Of a DNA stretch of 64,000 nucleotides, positions 40,526 to 49,972 are shown piece by piece. The notes under the pieces were generated by a model, which was not told where the DNA came from, searched no databases, and saw only the letters and a program-made list of their open reading frames with translations. Both the position numbers and the translations under genes were made by a program. Source of the stretch: Novosphingobium sp. (GTDB lineage Bacteria; Pseudomonadota; Alphaproteobacteria; Sphingomonadales; Sphingomonadaceae); the NCBI GenBank assembly GCA_041639635.1, contig JBEQBV010000001.1, forward strand, positions 2,561-66,560, read 5' to 3'. Within the stretch, counting starts at the first letter, position 1, and each line of letters opens with the position of its first letter.

Positions 40526-41626
40526 ATGAAGCCAATCAAGGTCGCCGTGATCGGCGTGGGCAACTGCGCTAGCTCGCTGGTGCAGGGTGTTGCCTATTAC
40601 CGCAACAACAACTCGTCGCAGGGCCTCATCCACGACCGTATTGGCGGATATGGCGCCGGTGACGTCGATTTCGTGCTCGGCGTCGATGTCGATGCGCGCA
40701 AGGTTGGCAAGGATATTGCCGAAGCCATCTTCGCTGCTCCGAACAATACCACCGTGTTCCAGTCGAACGTGCCGCAGACCGGCGCAAAGGTCATCATGGG
40801 CCGCGTGTCCGATGGCGTTGCCGCGCACATGACCTCGGTCGGCGAAAAGGGCTTCATCGTGGCTGATCAGCCCGAAGCCACTCAGGCTGATATCGTCAAG
40901 GCACTCAAGGATTCGGGCGCAGAAGTGCTGCTCAACTTCCTCCCCGTCGGGTCGCAGGAAGCCACTGAATTCTACATGGAATGCGCGCTTGAAGCCGGCG
41001 TTGCCGTCGTCAACTGCATGCCGGTGTTCATCGCTTCAACGCCGGAATGGGAAGCCAAGTTCCGCGAAAAGCGCATCCCGATCGTGGGCGACGATATCAA
41101 GGCGCAGGTCGGTGCAACCATCGTCCACCGCGTGCTCTCCAGCCTGTTCGCCGCCCGCGGCGTAAACGTGGAGCGTACCTACCAGCTCAACACCGGTGGC
41201 AACACCGACTTCATGAACATGCTCGATCGTCAGCGTCTGGGCAGCAAGAAGGAATCGAAGACCGAAGCCGTGCAGGCCATGCTCGCCACGCGACTTGAGG
41301 ACGAGAACATCCACGTCGGTCCTTCGGACTATGTTCCATGGCAGAAGGACAACAAGCTGTGCTTCATCCGCATGGAAGGCCAGCAGTGGGGCAACGTTCC
41401 GATGAACCTGGAACTGCGCCTTTCGGTGGAAGACAGCCCGAACTCGGCCGCTTGCGTGATGGATGCGATCCGTTGCTGCAAGGTTGCGCTGGATCGTGGT
41501 GAAGGCGGCGCGCTGATCGGCCCGTCGGCCTACTTCTGCAAGCACCCGCCGCAGCAGTTCAATGATGATGTTGCTGCGCAGATGGTGGAAGAATACGCCT
41601 CGGTTGAAAAGCTGGCCGCCGAATAA
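40526..41626 (+). CDS. ino1: myo-inositol-1-phosphate (inositol-3-phosphate) synthase
   Basis: MKPIKVAVIGVGNCASSLVQGVAYY… Rossmann N-terminus and …YQLNTGGNTDFMNMLDRQRLGSKKESKT… catalytic region. At 366 aa it matches the bacterial/archaeal short MIPS type. AAGGGA lies 9 nt upstream of the ATG. Confidence 0.92.
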   Translation: MKPIKVAVIGVGNCASSLVQGVAYYRNNNSSQGLIHDRIGGYGAGDVDFVLGVDVDARKVGKDIAEAIFAAPNNTTVFQSNVPQTGAKVIMGRVSDGVAAHMTSVGEKGFIVADQPEATQADIVKALKDSGAEVLLNFLPVGSQEATEFYMECALEAGVAVVNCMPVFIASTPEWEAKFREKRIPIVGDDIKAQVGATIVHRVLSSLFAARGVNVERTYQLNTGGNTDFMNMLDRQRLGSKKESKTEAVQAMLATRLEDENIHVGPSDYVPWQKDNKLCFIRMEGQQWGNVPMNLELRLSVEDSPNSAACVMDAIRCCKVALDRGEGGALIGPSAYFCKHPPQQFNDDVAAQMVEEYASVEKLAAE

Positions 41627-41654
41627 GCGATCACTTCTCCGCTAGAGTGGAATG

Positions 41655-41690
41655 GGCCGGCCGGACGCAAGTCTGGCCGGCCTTTTCGTT
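41655..41690 (+). terminator. strong intrinsic terminator after ino1
   Basis: 11-bp GC stem ggccggccgga/tctggccggcc followed by ttttcgtt. The string ggccttttcgtt is repeated 18 nt downstream. Confidence 0.8.
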
Positions 41691-41827
41691 AGGGGTGGCC
41701 TTTTCGTTGGAGCAATGTCTAGCGAGGGCACACGTCCCGCAGCCTGCCCTGCCTCCAATGGTTAACGTTTCACCGTTCCATCGGGCACTCTTTTCATTTC
41801 GGTCCGAAACCTCTAACCGAAGCGGTC

Positions 41828-42589
41828 ATGGATGCCCTGATCATCGCCGCCGGTTTCGGCAGTCGCCTTGCCGACCTGTCGCCGTCCAAACCGCTGACCC
41901 CGGTTGCGGGCGTGCCGTTGATCGAAATCGGCGTTCGTCAGGCCATGCTCGCAGGTGTGACCCGCGTGGTCGTGGTAACCGGCCATCATGCAGACATGCT
42001 CGAAGCTTTCCTCGCAGACCTTTCGCTGCGGGCTGGGGTTGAAATCGTGCCCGTGCGGTTGAGCAACTGGTCCACGCCCAATGGATATTCGGTTATGGCC
42101 GGGGCCACGCGATGCGATGGCAACTATTTGCTGATGATGGCCGATCACATGTTCGATGCCGATATTCTGGCCCGTCTCATGCTGGAACACCGGCCGACGC
42201 GCGGCGTGACACTGGCGGTTGACCGCCGCGTCGATAATCCGCTGGTCGATCCCGATGATGCCACATGGGTGCGGATGGATGATGAAGGCCGCATTACCGC
42301 CATCGGCAAGACCATCACGCCATATGATGCGGTCGATTGCGGTGCATTCCTCGCCACGCCCGAACTGGCGCTCGCCATTCGTGATGCCATTGCCGAAGGC
42401 AAGCCGGGCAGCCTGTCTGATGGGATGCAGCGCCTTGCCGATGCAGGCCGGGCCGCCACGATGGACATCGAAGATGCATGGTGGATGGACGTGGACGATC
42501 CGCGCGCCCACGCCCTTGCCGAAGAACTGGCACCCTGGCACCTCGCCAGAACCTTTGCCGAAATCGGCGTCCCGGCAGAGGGGCTTTAG
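41828..42589 (+). CDS. NTP transferase domain protein (second cytidylyltransferase-like gene) (F)
   Basis: MDALIIAAGFGSRLADLSPSKPLTPVAGVPLI… and …WWMDVDDPRAHALAEE. Confidence 0.85.
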   Translation: MDALIIAAGFGSRLADLSPSKPLTPVAGVPLIEIGVRQAMLAGVTRVVVVTGHHADMLEAFLADLSLRAGVEIVPVRLSNWSTPNGYSVMAGATRCDGNYLLMMADHMFDADILARLMLEHRPTRGVTLAVDRRVDNPLVDPDDATWVRMDDEGRITAIGKTITPYDAVDCGAFLATPELALAIRDAIAEGKPGSLSDGMQRLADAGRAATMDIEDAWWMDVDDPRAHALAEELAPWHLARTFAEIGVPAEGL

Positions 42590-42592
42590 TAC

Positions 42593-43099
42593 TCAGGGAT
42601 ACTTGAGGTGAACGCGGGTCGACAGACCCGTCTTCGAGATATTCAGCCGCACCGACCGGAACGAGGGAATGCTCGCGATTGTCGGCGGGTTGTTCGAAAA
42701 GCCGAAACCTTCTTCGGGCAGACCGAGCACACCGCTGCGCTTCAGGTTCGTGCTCGCGTCTTCGTCATGATAGACGGCCAGAGCATAGACTCCCGGCTTT
42801 GGCACAAACAGGCACATGCGCGTTTCGGGTGCTGTTGCATCGACCCGCCCGACATACAGCGAGCCCTTCTTGGCAAGGAACTTGCGCGGCTCGTCGGCAT
42901 AAAGCGTCACTGCCATCAGGCCATTGCCATTGCGCACGCCGTCAACCGTCACATTGATCCACGTGTCGCTCTTGGGTCCGGCGCAGTTTGGCGTGTTGGC
43001 CGCAGCTTCGGTTGCGCCAACTGTCAGCGCCGAAGCAGCAGCAGCAAAGATCAGCGCCGTAGCATGCCAATGCAATGGCCAGCGGTTCGGCTTCTTCAT
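42593..43099 (-). CDS. secreted DUF2141 domain protein
   Basis: Signal peptide MKKPNRWPLHWHATALIFAAAASALTVGA, then …GNGLMAVTLYADEPRKF…YALAVYHDEDASTNLKRSGVLGLPEEGFGFSNN…. Confidence 0.7.
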   Translation of the reverse strand: MKKPNRWPLHWHATALIFAAAASALTVGATEAAANTPNCAGPKSDTWINVTVDGVRNGNGLMAVTLYADEPRKFLAKKGSLYVGRVDATAPETRMCLFVPKPGVYALAVYHDEDASTNLKRSGVLGLPEEGFGFSNNPPTIASIPSFRSVRLNISKTGLSTRVHLKYP

Positions 43100-43302
43100 A
43101 TTCAAATTGCCCCGATCTCGATGTGTCTTTTCAGCCGGTTGACCATGAACCTGGTTCATTACATCTGTGTTCCGACCGTTTGCGTCTGCGCCATACCGGC
43201 ATATTTCTGACCCGTTAAGTAAGATTCAGGCCGTGAACCACCCCTGAACCCTGCTGCAAGCCTCCGTTCAATCAGAAAGCAAGTCCAAACCGGGACATTC
43301 CG

Positions 43303-43311
43303 TGTGGATAA
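43303..43311 (+). promoter_or_regulatory. perfect DnaA-box consensus TGTGGATAA in the DUF2141/rpe intergenic region
   Basis: 9/9 match read directly from the sequence. It is an isolated site, so function is not implied. Confidence 0.25.
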
Positions 43312-43420
43312 TCCGCCGAACGCCGCTTGTTCACCCGATTCGCCAAAGCTAAGCGCAAGAGGGTGGGGTAATTGCAAAGCGTTCATGGGTCTGCCGCCCC
43401 CTGCAGGATATTGCCGCCAG

Positions 43421-44080
43421 ATGACTCCGCTGATCTCGCCATCCATCCTTTCCGCAGATTTCGCTCGTCTGGGCGAAGAAGTGCGCGCAATTGATGCCGC
43501 AGGCGCTGACTGGATCCACGTGGATGTGATGGACGGCCACTTCGTGCCGAACATCACGATCGGCCCGATGGTGGTAAAGGCGCTGCGCCCGCACACGGCC
43601 AAACCTTTTGACGTGCACCTGATGATCTCGCCAGTGGATGCCTATCTGCAGGCATTCGCCGATGCCGGGGCCGATATCATCACCGTCCACCCCGAAGCGG
43701 GACCGCACATTCACCGCACAGTGCAAGCGATCAAGGCGCTGGGCAAGAAGGCCGGTGTCTCGCTCAATCCCGGCACGCCTGCCAAGATGCTCGATTACCT
43801 GATCGATGATGTCGATCTTGTCCTGATCATGAGCGTGAACCCCGGCTTTGGCGGGCAAAGCTTCATATCCAACCAGCTGCGCAAGATCGAAGCGGTGCGC
43901 AAGATGATCGACAAGTCGGGCCGCCCCATCCACCTTGAGGTTGATGGCGGCGTGGATACCACCACAATCCGCTCCTGCGTTGATGCCGGGGCAGACGTGC
44001 TGGTGGCCGGGACCGCAACGTTCAAAGGCGGCCCTTCGCATTATGCAGCGAATATCGCTGCGCTGAAGGCACTGGGCTGA
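43421..44080 (+). CDS. rpe: ribulose-phosphate 3-epimerase
   Basis: [21 protein letters not shown]…[15 protein letters not shown]…. Confidence 0.93.
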   Translation: MTPLISPSILSADFARLGEEVRAIDAAGADWIHVDVMDGHFVPNITIGPMVVKALRPHTAKPFDVHLMISPVDAYLQAFADAGADIITVHPEAGPHIHRTVQAIKALGKKAGVSLNPGTPAKMLDYLIDDVDLVLIMSVNPGFGGQSFISNQLRKIEAVRKMIDKSGRPIHLEVDGGVDTTTIRSCVDAGADVLVAGTATFKGGPSHYAANIAALKALG

Positions 44081-44081
44081 T

Positions 44082-45998
44082 ATGGCAGACAGCGGCTTCC
44101 CCCTTACTGGAAGCCGCCCGGCGGCAGATGCCCGCCGCGCCATTCCGCTTGATGCCCTGCAGGAGGAACCGCTGGCCGAGTTGAACGATAACCACTCCAG
44201 CGCTCCTGCCACAAGCAGCTCACCTTCTGCCATCCTGCCCGATACCGCCGCAGTTGAACCGGGCGTGATCGAGCCGGGCCGCGCGCTGGCCTTGGCCGAT
44301 TTTGCCCCGCCAGCGCTTGGTGCGGGCGATAGGCTCGTGCGTTTTGCCTATAGCCTCGGCCTGCCAGCGAGCACCATTCACCCCTTCCGCAAACGTGCCA
44401 AGACACGGTTGACCGCCACCGTGCAACCTCCGCTACCGGGCGATCCTGCTGCAGGAAAAGCACTGCGGGCCGGGCACTTCCTGATCCATGGCTTCAAGTC
44501 TGCCATTGCCGACACGACCTTTTCCGGACCGCGCCTGCCTCCGCCGTTAGAACGCATGATCCACGGCTTTCGCTGGTTGCGCGATCTGGAATCGGGCGGC
44601 ACCCGCGCACAGTGCGCGCAAGTTGCCGAACGTATTCTCGCAACCTGGCTGACCGCCAATCCCAAGCCCGATCCCACGCCCGCCTGGGATGTGGGCAATG
44701 TCGGGCACCGCCTGCTGAACTGGATGGTTCACGCGCCGCTGGTGCTTTCAGGCCAGGACCGCGCCTTCCGCGCCAAAGTGCTGCACACGATAGAGGACAC
44801 CGCCCGTTGGCTCGACCGGCGCGTAACAAAAGTGGACGACCGGTTGAGCGAGGTTGCAGGCTGGTGCGGGCTGGTCGCCACCGGCCTGATCATGGCCGAT
44901 GCCAAACCGCGCCGCCTCTATGCCGAAGCCGGGCTGGTGCGCGCGCTGGGTGAACTGGTCAGCGATGATGGCGGCGTGCTTTCACGCAGCCCGATCTGCC
45001 AGATCGAAGCGATCGAGCTGCTGGTCGAGCTGCGCGCCTGTTACGAAGCCGTACGCACCGATCCCCTGCCCCAGATCCAGACCATGCTGACGCTGCTGGT
45101 GCCACCACTGCTGGCGCTGCTGCACGGCGATGGCGGCCTTGGCAACTGGCAGGGCGCCGGAGCGATCTCTGCCGAACAGATCGAAACGCTGGTCAAGGCC
45201 AGCGGCGTGCGCACGCGCCCGTTGCGCGATGCACGCCAGTGGGGATACCAGCGCGCAACGGCAGGCAAATCAGTGCTGCAGTTCGATGCAGGCCCCCCGC
45301 CCGTTGCCCGCCACGCGCGCGATGGCTGCGCCTCCACGCTGGCGTTCGAATTCAGCCACGGCAAGGACCGCCTGATCGTGAACTGCGGCGGCGCAGCCTT
45401 TGCCGGCGGCATGATCCCGCTGCGGCTTGAACAGGGCCTGCGCGCCACTGCGGCCCATTCCACGCTGACAATCGATGACTTCAATTCCACCGCCGTGCTG
45501 ATCAACGGCCGTATCGGATCGGGCGTGTCCGAGGTGGAGGTAGACCGCCGCACCCTTTCGGCTGAGGCCAGCGGACCAACCGGCGCAGGTGGCGGGGCCA
45601 CCCGAATCGAGGCTAGCCACAACGGCTATGTAAGCCGCTATGGCCTTGTCCATCGGCGCATCCTGATCCTGCGCGACGATGGCACCGAATTGCGCGGCGA
45701 AGATTTGCTCGTGCCAGCCGGGCGCAAGGGCAAGCGCGGCACCATTGGAGTCGCCTTGCGCTTCCACCTCGGCCCGCATATCGAGCTTGCCGCCAGCACG
45801 GATGGAAAAGGCATCTCGCTTGCCCTGCCCGATGGCAGCCTGTGGCAGTTCCGATCGGGCCGCGATCCGGTCTCGGTCGAGGAAAGCCTCTGGGCAGACG
45901 GTCAGGGGCGGCCCATCGGCACACGCCAGTTGGTCGTCACCGCCAAGGTCCCCCGCAGCGGAGAAAGCTTCTCCTGGCTGCTGAAGAAGATGCGCTAA
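44082..45998 (+). CDS. heparinase II/III family protein
   Basis: …AHSTLTIDDFNS… and …FEFSHGKDRLIVNCGG… regions. The rpe / heparinase-like / purH order is common in alphaproteobacteria. The start is uncertain. Confidence 0.7.
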   Translation: MADSGFPLTGSRPAADARRAIPLDALQEEPLAELNDNHSSAPATSSSPSAILPDTAAVEPGVIEPGRALALADFAPPALGAGDRLVRFAYSLGLPASTIHPFRKRAKTRLTATVQPPLPGDPAAGKALRAGHFLIHGFKSAIADTTFSGPRLPPPLERMIHGFRWLRDLESGGTRAQCAQVAERILATWLTANPKPDPTPAWDVGNVGHRLLNWMVHAPLVLSGQDRAFRAKVLHTIEDTARWLDRRVTKVDDRLSEVAGWCGLVATGLIMADAKPRRLYAEAGLVRALGELVSDDGGVLSRSPICQIEAIELLVELRACYEAVRTDPLPQIQTMLTLLVPPLLALLHGDGGLGNWQGAGAISAEQIETLVKASGVRTRPLRDARQWGYQRATAGKSVLQFDAGPPPVARHARDGCASTLAFEFSHGKDRLIVNCGGAAFAGGMIPLRLEQGLRATAAHSTLTIDDFNSTAVLINGRIGSGVSEVEVDRRTLSAEASGPTGAGGGATRIEASHNGYVSRYGLVHRRILILRDDGTELRGEDLLVPAGRKGKRGTIGVALRFHLGPHIELAASTDGKGISLALPDGSLWQFRSGRDPVSVEESLWADGQGRPIGTRQLVVTAKVPRSGESFSWLLKKMR

Positions 45999-46016
45999 AC
46001 AACAGGAATTTTTCAC

Positions 46017-47606
46017 GTGAGCCAAGTTACCATCAAGCGGGCGCTGCTTTCGGTGTCCGACAAATCCGGCCTTGTCGATCTGGGCAAGGCGCTGGCTGCA
46101 CGCGGCGTGGAACTGCTGTCCACCGGCGGCACGGCCAAAGCCCTGCGCGATGCCGGCCTGACGGTGAAGGACGTGTCGGAACACACCGGCTTTCCTGAAA
46201 TGATGGATGGCCGCGTGAAGACGCTGCACCCCACGATCCACGGCGGGCTGCTCGCCGTGCGCGACAATCCTGAACATGCCGCCGCCATGGCCGAACATGC
46301 CATCGGCGCCATCGATCTGGTCGTGGTCAATCTCTACCCGTTCGAAGCCACCGTGGCCAAGGGTGCTGAGCGCGACGAGGTGATCGAGAACATCGATATC
46401 GGCGGCCCATCAATGGTGCGCTCTGCCGCCAAGAACCACGATTACGTGACGATCCTGACCGACGCTGCCGATTACGCCACCTTCCTGCAGGAACTTGACG
46501 AAACGGGCGGCGCCACCACGCTCGGCTTCCGCCGCAAGATGGCAGCCAAAGCCTATGCCGCAACCGCGGCCTATGATTCGGCGATTTCGCAGTGGTTCGC
46601 CACTGTCGATCAGGGTGAGCACTTCCCGCCGGTGCTGGCCGCCGCGCACACTCGCGTTACCACGCTGCGCTATGGCGAAAACCCGCATCAGGATGCCGCG
46701 CTTTATGTGCCCCGCAATCCTGCGGTCACCGGTCTGCCGCAGGCCACGCAGATTCAGGGCAAGGAACTGTCCTACAACAATTACAACGACGCCAATGCGG
46801 CGCTGGAACTGGTGGCCGAATTTACCGGCGCCAAGCCCACCGTGGTGATCGTCAAGCACGCCAACCCCTGCGGCGTCGCCACGGCCAATACGCTGCTGGA
46901 TGCGTGGAAAGCCGCGCTGGAATGCGATTCCGTCTCGGCGTTCGGCGGCATCGTGGCCACCAACGTGCCGTTGGATGGGCCAACCGCCAACGCCATCTGC
47001 GAAATCTTCACCGAAGTCGTCGTCGCACCCGGTGCCGATGATTCCGCCAAGGCCGCGTTCGAGCGCAAGAAGAACCTGCGCCTGCTGCTCGTCGAAGCCC
47101 TGCCCGATCCAGATCGCAAGGGCCTGATCACCGTGCCCATCGCCGGTGGCCTGCTGGTGCAGGACCGCGATTCGGGCAAAGTGGACAAGGCCGATCTCAA
47201 GGTCGTTACCAAGCGCGCGCCGACCGAACAGGAACTCGCCGATGCGCTCTTCGCCTGGACCGTGGCCAAGCACGTCAAATCCAACGCGATCGTCTATGCC
47301 AAGGATGGCGTCACCGCAGGGATCGGCGCAGGCCAGATGAACCGCCGCGATTCCTCGCGCATTGCCGCTGCCAAGGCCAAGGAAGCTGCCGACACGCACG
47401 GATTCACCACCGTACGCACCAATGGCTCTGCCGTCGCCTCCGATGCGTTCTTTCCGTTTGCCGATGGCCTGATGGCTGCTGTCGAAGCCGGAGCCACCTG
47501 CGTGATCCAGCCTGGCGGTTCGATGCGCGATGAAGAAGTGATCAAGGCGGCTGATGAAGCTGGCCTTGCCATGGTCTTCACCGGCATGCGTCACTTCCGC
47601 CACTGA
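46017..47606 (+). CDS. purH: bifunctional AICAR formyltransferase / IMP cyclohydrolase
   Basis: …[34 protein letters not shown]… with full-length PurH similarity. GTG start. Confidence 0.96.
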   Translation: MSQVTIKRALLSVSDKSGLVDLGKALAARGVELLSTGGTAKALRDAGLTVKDVSEHTGFPEMMDGRVKTLHPTIHGGLLAVRDNPEHAAAMAEHAIGAIDLVVVNLYPFEATVAKGAERDEVIENIDIGGPSMVRSAAKNHDYVTILTDAADYATFLQELDETGGATTLGFRRKMAAKAYAATAAYDSAISQWFATVDQGEHFPPVLAAAHTRVTTLRYGENPHQDAALYVPRNPAVTGLPQATQIQGKELSYNNYNDANAALELVAEFTGAKPTVVIVKHANPCGVATANTLLDAWKAALECDSVSAFGGIVATNVPLDGPTANAICEIFTEVVVAPGADDSAKAAFERKKNLRLLLVEALPDPDRKGLITVPIAGGLLVQDRDSGKVDKADLKVVTKRAPTEQELADALFAWTVAKHVKSNAIVYAKDGVTAGIGAGQMNRRDSSRIAAAKAKEAADTHGFTTVRTNGSAVASDAFFPFADGLMAAVEAGATCVIQPGGSMRDEEVIKAADEAGLAMVFTGMRHFRH

Positions 47607-47625
47607 TATTGGGATTATCCAAAGA

Positions 47626-47664
47626 CGAAAAAGGCCGGCCCCACATGGGGACCGGCCTTTTTCA
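47626..47664. terminator. bidirectional intrinsic terminator between the convergent purH and sleB-like genes
   Basis: gaaaaaggccggcccc-acat-ggggaccggccttttt: a GC hairpin flanked by an A-run and a T-run. Confidence 0.8.
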
Positions 47665-47683
47665 TGTTACCTGACAGAAAGAA

Positions 47684-48301
47684 TCAGCGGTAAAAGATGT
47701 GGCCGTCCACCTTGGCCATGCGGGTCTTGCCCCAGCGTGGCGAAACATAGGCGGCGTGGAAGAACATCGCGCCTTCGACCGGACTTTTCCACTCGCCTTC
47801 ATCAGCGATGCGGGCAATGCGCACGGCAGTCTGCCAGGCACGGCTCTCACGGTTGATCGCAGGCATAGTGCCACCGCGAACGAACGAGAACTGCGAAGGC
47901 TGATAGACCACCCCGCAATAAGATGCAGGGAAGCGACCGGAATTGGCGCGCGCCACGATCACGCGGCCGACGGCAAGCTGCCCGGCCAGCGATTCGCTCT
48001 TGGCTTCAAAGAATACGGCACCGGCAAGGCATTCCAGATCTTTTGAAAGCGCGGTGGGAATGGGGGTTTCTGCAACCAGCTCGGCAAGCGATGAAGCAGG
48101 GGCTTCAGTGCTTTCTTCCGGGGTATCGCTCAGCATCGGTGCGAGCGGCTGTACCACGGGCTGGGAGATGAATGTCGCCGCTACGGCGACCGGGGAATTA
48201 ATGCTTTGCGCTGCGGCGTGGGAACCGGCTGTGCTGAAAAGCGTAGTGATAAATGTGACAGCAACGCTGAAGGCCGCTGCGTATTTAAACTTGTTGCTCA
48301 T
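47684..48301 (-). CDS. cell wall hydrolase, SleB (Hydrolase_2) family
   Basis: Signal peptide, then …CLAGAVFFEAKSESLAGQLAVGRVIVARANSGRFPASYCGVVYQPSQFSF…. Confidence 0.85.
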   Translation of the reverse strand: MSNKFKYAAAFSVAVTFITTLFSTAGSHAAAQSINSPVAVAATFISQPVVQPLAPMLSDTPEESTEAPASSLAELVAETPIPTALSKDLECLAGAVFFEAKSESLAGQLAVGRVIVARANSGRFPASYCGVVYQPSQFSFVRGGTMPAINRESRAWQTAVRIARIADEGEWKSPVEGAMFFHAAYVSPRWGKTRMAKVDGHIFYR

Positions 48302-48509
48302 TTGGTTTCGTCATTGGGCGGTGGATTTCCGGTCATGGCGCGACACGAGAGCAGCGTGCGAATATTCGCAGACTGCAACTGTGCCGAAGGGCCATGTCGG
48401 TTACCCCCCGTCTGCGTGCCAGTGTGGTTGGCTTCGTGCCTCGCATCACCGCCTGCGCAAAAATCAGTAGCGGGCCTTTATTGCGATCCCACGCAGAGTC
48501 AACCCGCGT

Positions 48510-48851
48510 TCAGGATTTGGACAGGGTATCGCGGATGAAGCGTTCGCGATCTGCGACAGTCAGTTCAACTATCCAGATATCCGGATCCTGCCTGCTGCGG
48601 CGGTCCAGATAGTCGTCAAATTCCATTTTATTATCAGATACTTGGGCCTTTGTGTGGGTCCATTTGCGGGTGCCGTCAAGCTGTGGCATCCGTTCATAAA
48701 GAACGCCAAGACCCTGATTTTCCATGACAACAAGCAGGATCGTGCCCCCGTCACGCTCGCCCTTGTGCAGGACCATCGCAAAGTCGCCCGCGGCCTGTGC
48801 CGCGCGGACCAGACCGCTCACTTCGAGGTGCGCCGGAAGCCGCGTTTCCAT
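48510..48851 (-). CDS. DUF1491 family protein
   Basis: …LPAHLEVSGLVRAAQAAGDFAMVLHKGERDGGTILLV…. Confidence 0.65.
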   Translation of the reverse strand: METRLPAHLEVSGLVRAAQAAGDFAMVLHKGERDGGTILLVVMENQGLGVLYERMPQLDGTRKWTHTKAQVSDNKMEFDDYLDRRSRQDPDIWIVELTVADRERFIRDTLSKS

Positions 48852-49333
48852 CAGGTGAGCACGGCGCGCAAGCCGGCATTGTACCCGTCCAGACCGGAAA
48901 GCGCGATGCGCGAACGCTGGAATGTGCCGGTGCCTCGGCCCACTTCCTCGCCATCTTCATCGATCAACCGCGATTCCGCCACGAGCACGCGGCGGCGTCC
49001 CGATACCCAGCGCCCTTCGGCAATCACGCGCCCTCCCTTGATCGGGCGGCTGAAAAACAGATTGAACGAAGTGGTCAGCAGGAAACGGTCGGTCACCAGC
49101 GTGTTGGCGGCATAGAACGCCGCATCATCAAGCATCTTGAAATAGATCGTCCCATGCGCGGCACCAGCAGCGTGGAAGCAATCGGGCGTCACATCAAAAT
49201 GAATACGCGAAAGGCCTTCCCCGGTGATTTCCAGCCGGGATTTGAACAGGCTGTTGATCGGCGCGGACCCGTATAGACCTTCAAGTGCGCGCCAATGCAG
49301 GCTGGCGCTGTCGCTACTCTGTTCAGGCAGCAT
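48851..49333 (-). CDS. PaaI-family hotdog-fold thioesterase
   Basis: …HGTIYFKMLDDAAFYAANTLV…GRVIAEGRWVSGRRRVLVAESRL…. Confidence 0.8.
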   Translation of the reverse strand: MLPEQSSDSASLHWRALEGLYGSAPINSLFKSRLEITGEGLSRIHFDVTPDCFHAAGAAHGTIYFKMLDDAAFYAANTLVTDRFLLTTSFNLFFSRPIKGGRVIAEGRWVSGRRRVLVAESRLIDEDGEEVGRGTGTFQRSRIALSGLDGYNAGLRAVLT

Positions 49334-49784
49334 CGCGATCGATGACGTTTACCAGCAAGCCATAGAGCGCTTCGGCATCGGTCGCGGCGACCAGTCGTTC
49401 GTGCATGCGTTCATCGCGCATCAGTCGCGAAATGGCAGCCAACGCCTGAAGGTGTGAAGCACCTGCCTGCGATGGCGAAAGCAGGCCGAACACGCAATCC
49501 ACCGGCATGCCGTCTGCTGCGGCAAATTCTACTGGTGCTGTCAGCCGGAAGAACGCCGCAACCGGACGTTCAAGCCCATCGATGCGCGCATGAGGAATGG
49601 CCACGCCGCGCCCAAAGCCGGTGCTGCCTAGCTTTTCGCGCTCTTCAATCCCGTCGATCACCGCATCGGCATCCAGCGCATAGACCGACGCAAAGCAGGC
49701 GGCCAGATCGGTCAGGATCTGCTGCTTTGAATCCGCACGAACCACGCGCACGGCCTGAGGATCAAGGTTGAAGAGTGCCGACAT
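49323..49784 (-). CDS. ptsN: PTS IIA-like nitrogen regulatory protein
   Basis: …GSTGFGRGVAIPHARIDGL… (phospho-His region). Confidence 0.88.
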   Translation of the reverse strand: MSALFNLDPQAVRVVRADSKQQILTDLAACFASVYALDADAVIDGIEEREKLGSTGFGRGVAIPHARIDGLERPVAAFFRLTAPVEFAAADGMPVDCVFGLLSPSQAGASHLQALAAISRLMRDERMHERLVAATDAEALYGLLVNVIDRDAA

Positions 49785-49972
49785 GATGCCAAGAAAGTAT
49801 CAGAAAAGTGCAAAAGCCCGGTAAATTGGGGCTCAGTGAATTGGGCCGCGCAATGCGCCCGAATGTTTGCGAAGGCAAGTGCAAACAGTTTCGTCATACT
49901 TTGTCAAAGGCTTCCCGACCCCCAAGGCCAGTGCGGCCTCCGGGATCGGGTCATTCAAATGCTGCAGCGCGA

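Noticed and set aside
46410-47603. 397-aa minus-strand ORF inside purH
   Set aside because: It is antisense to purH, with no motifs and biased composition.
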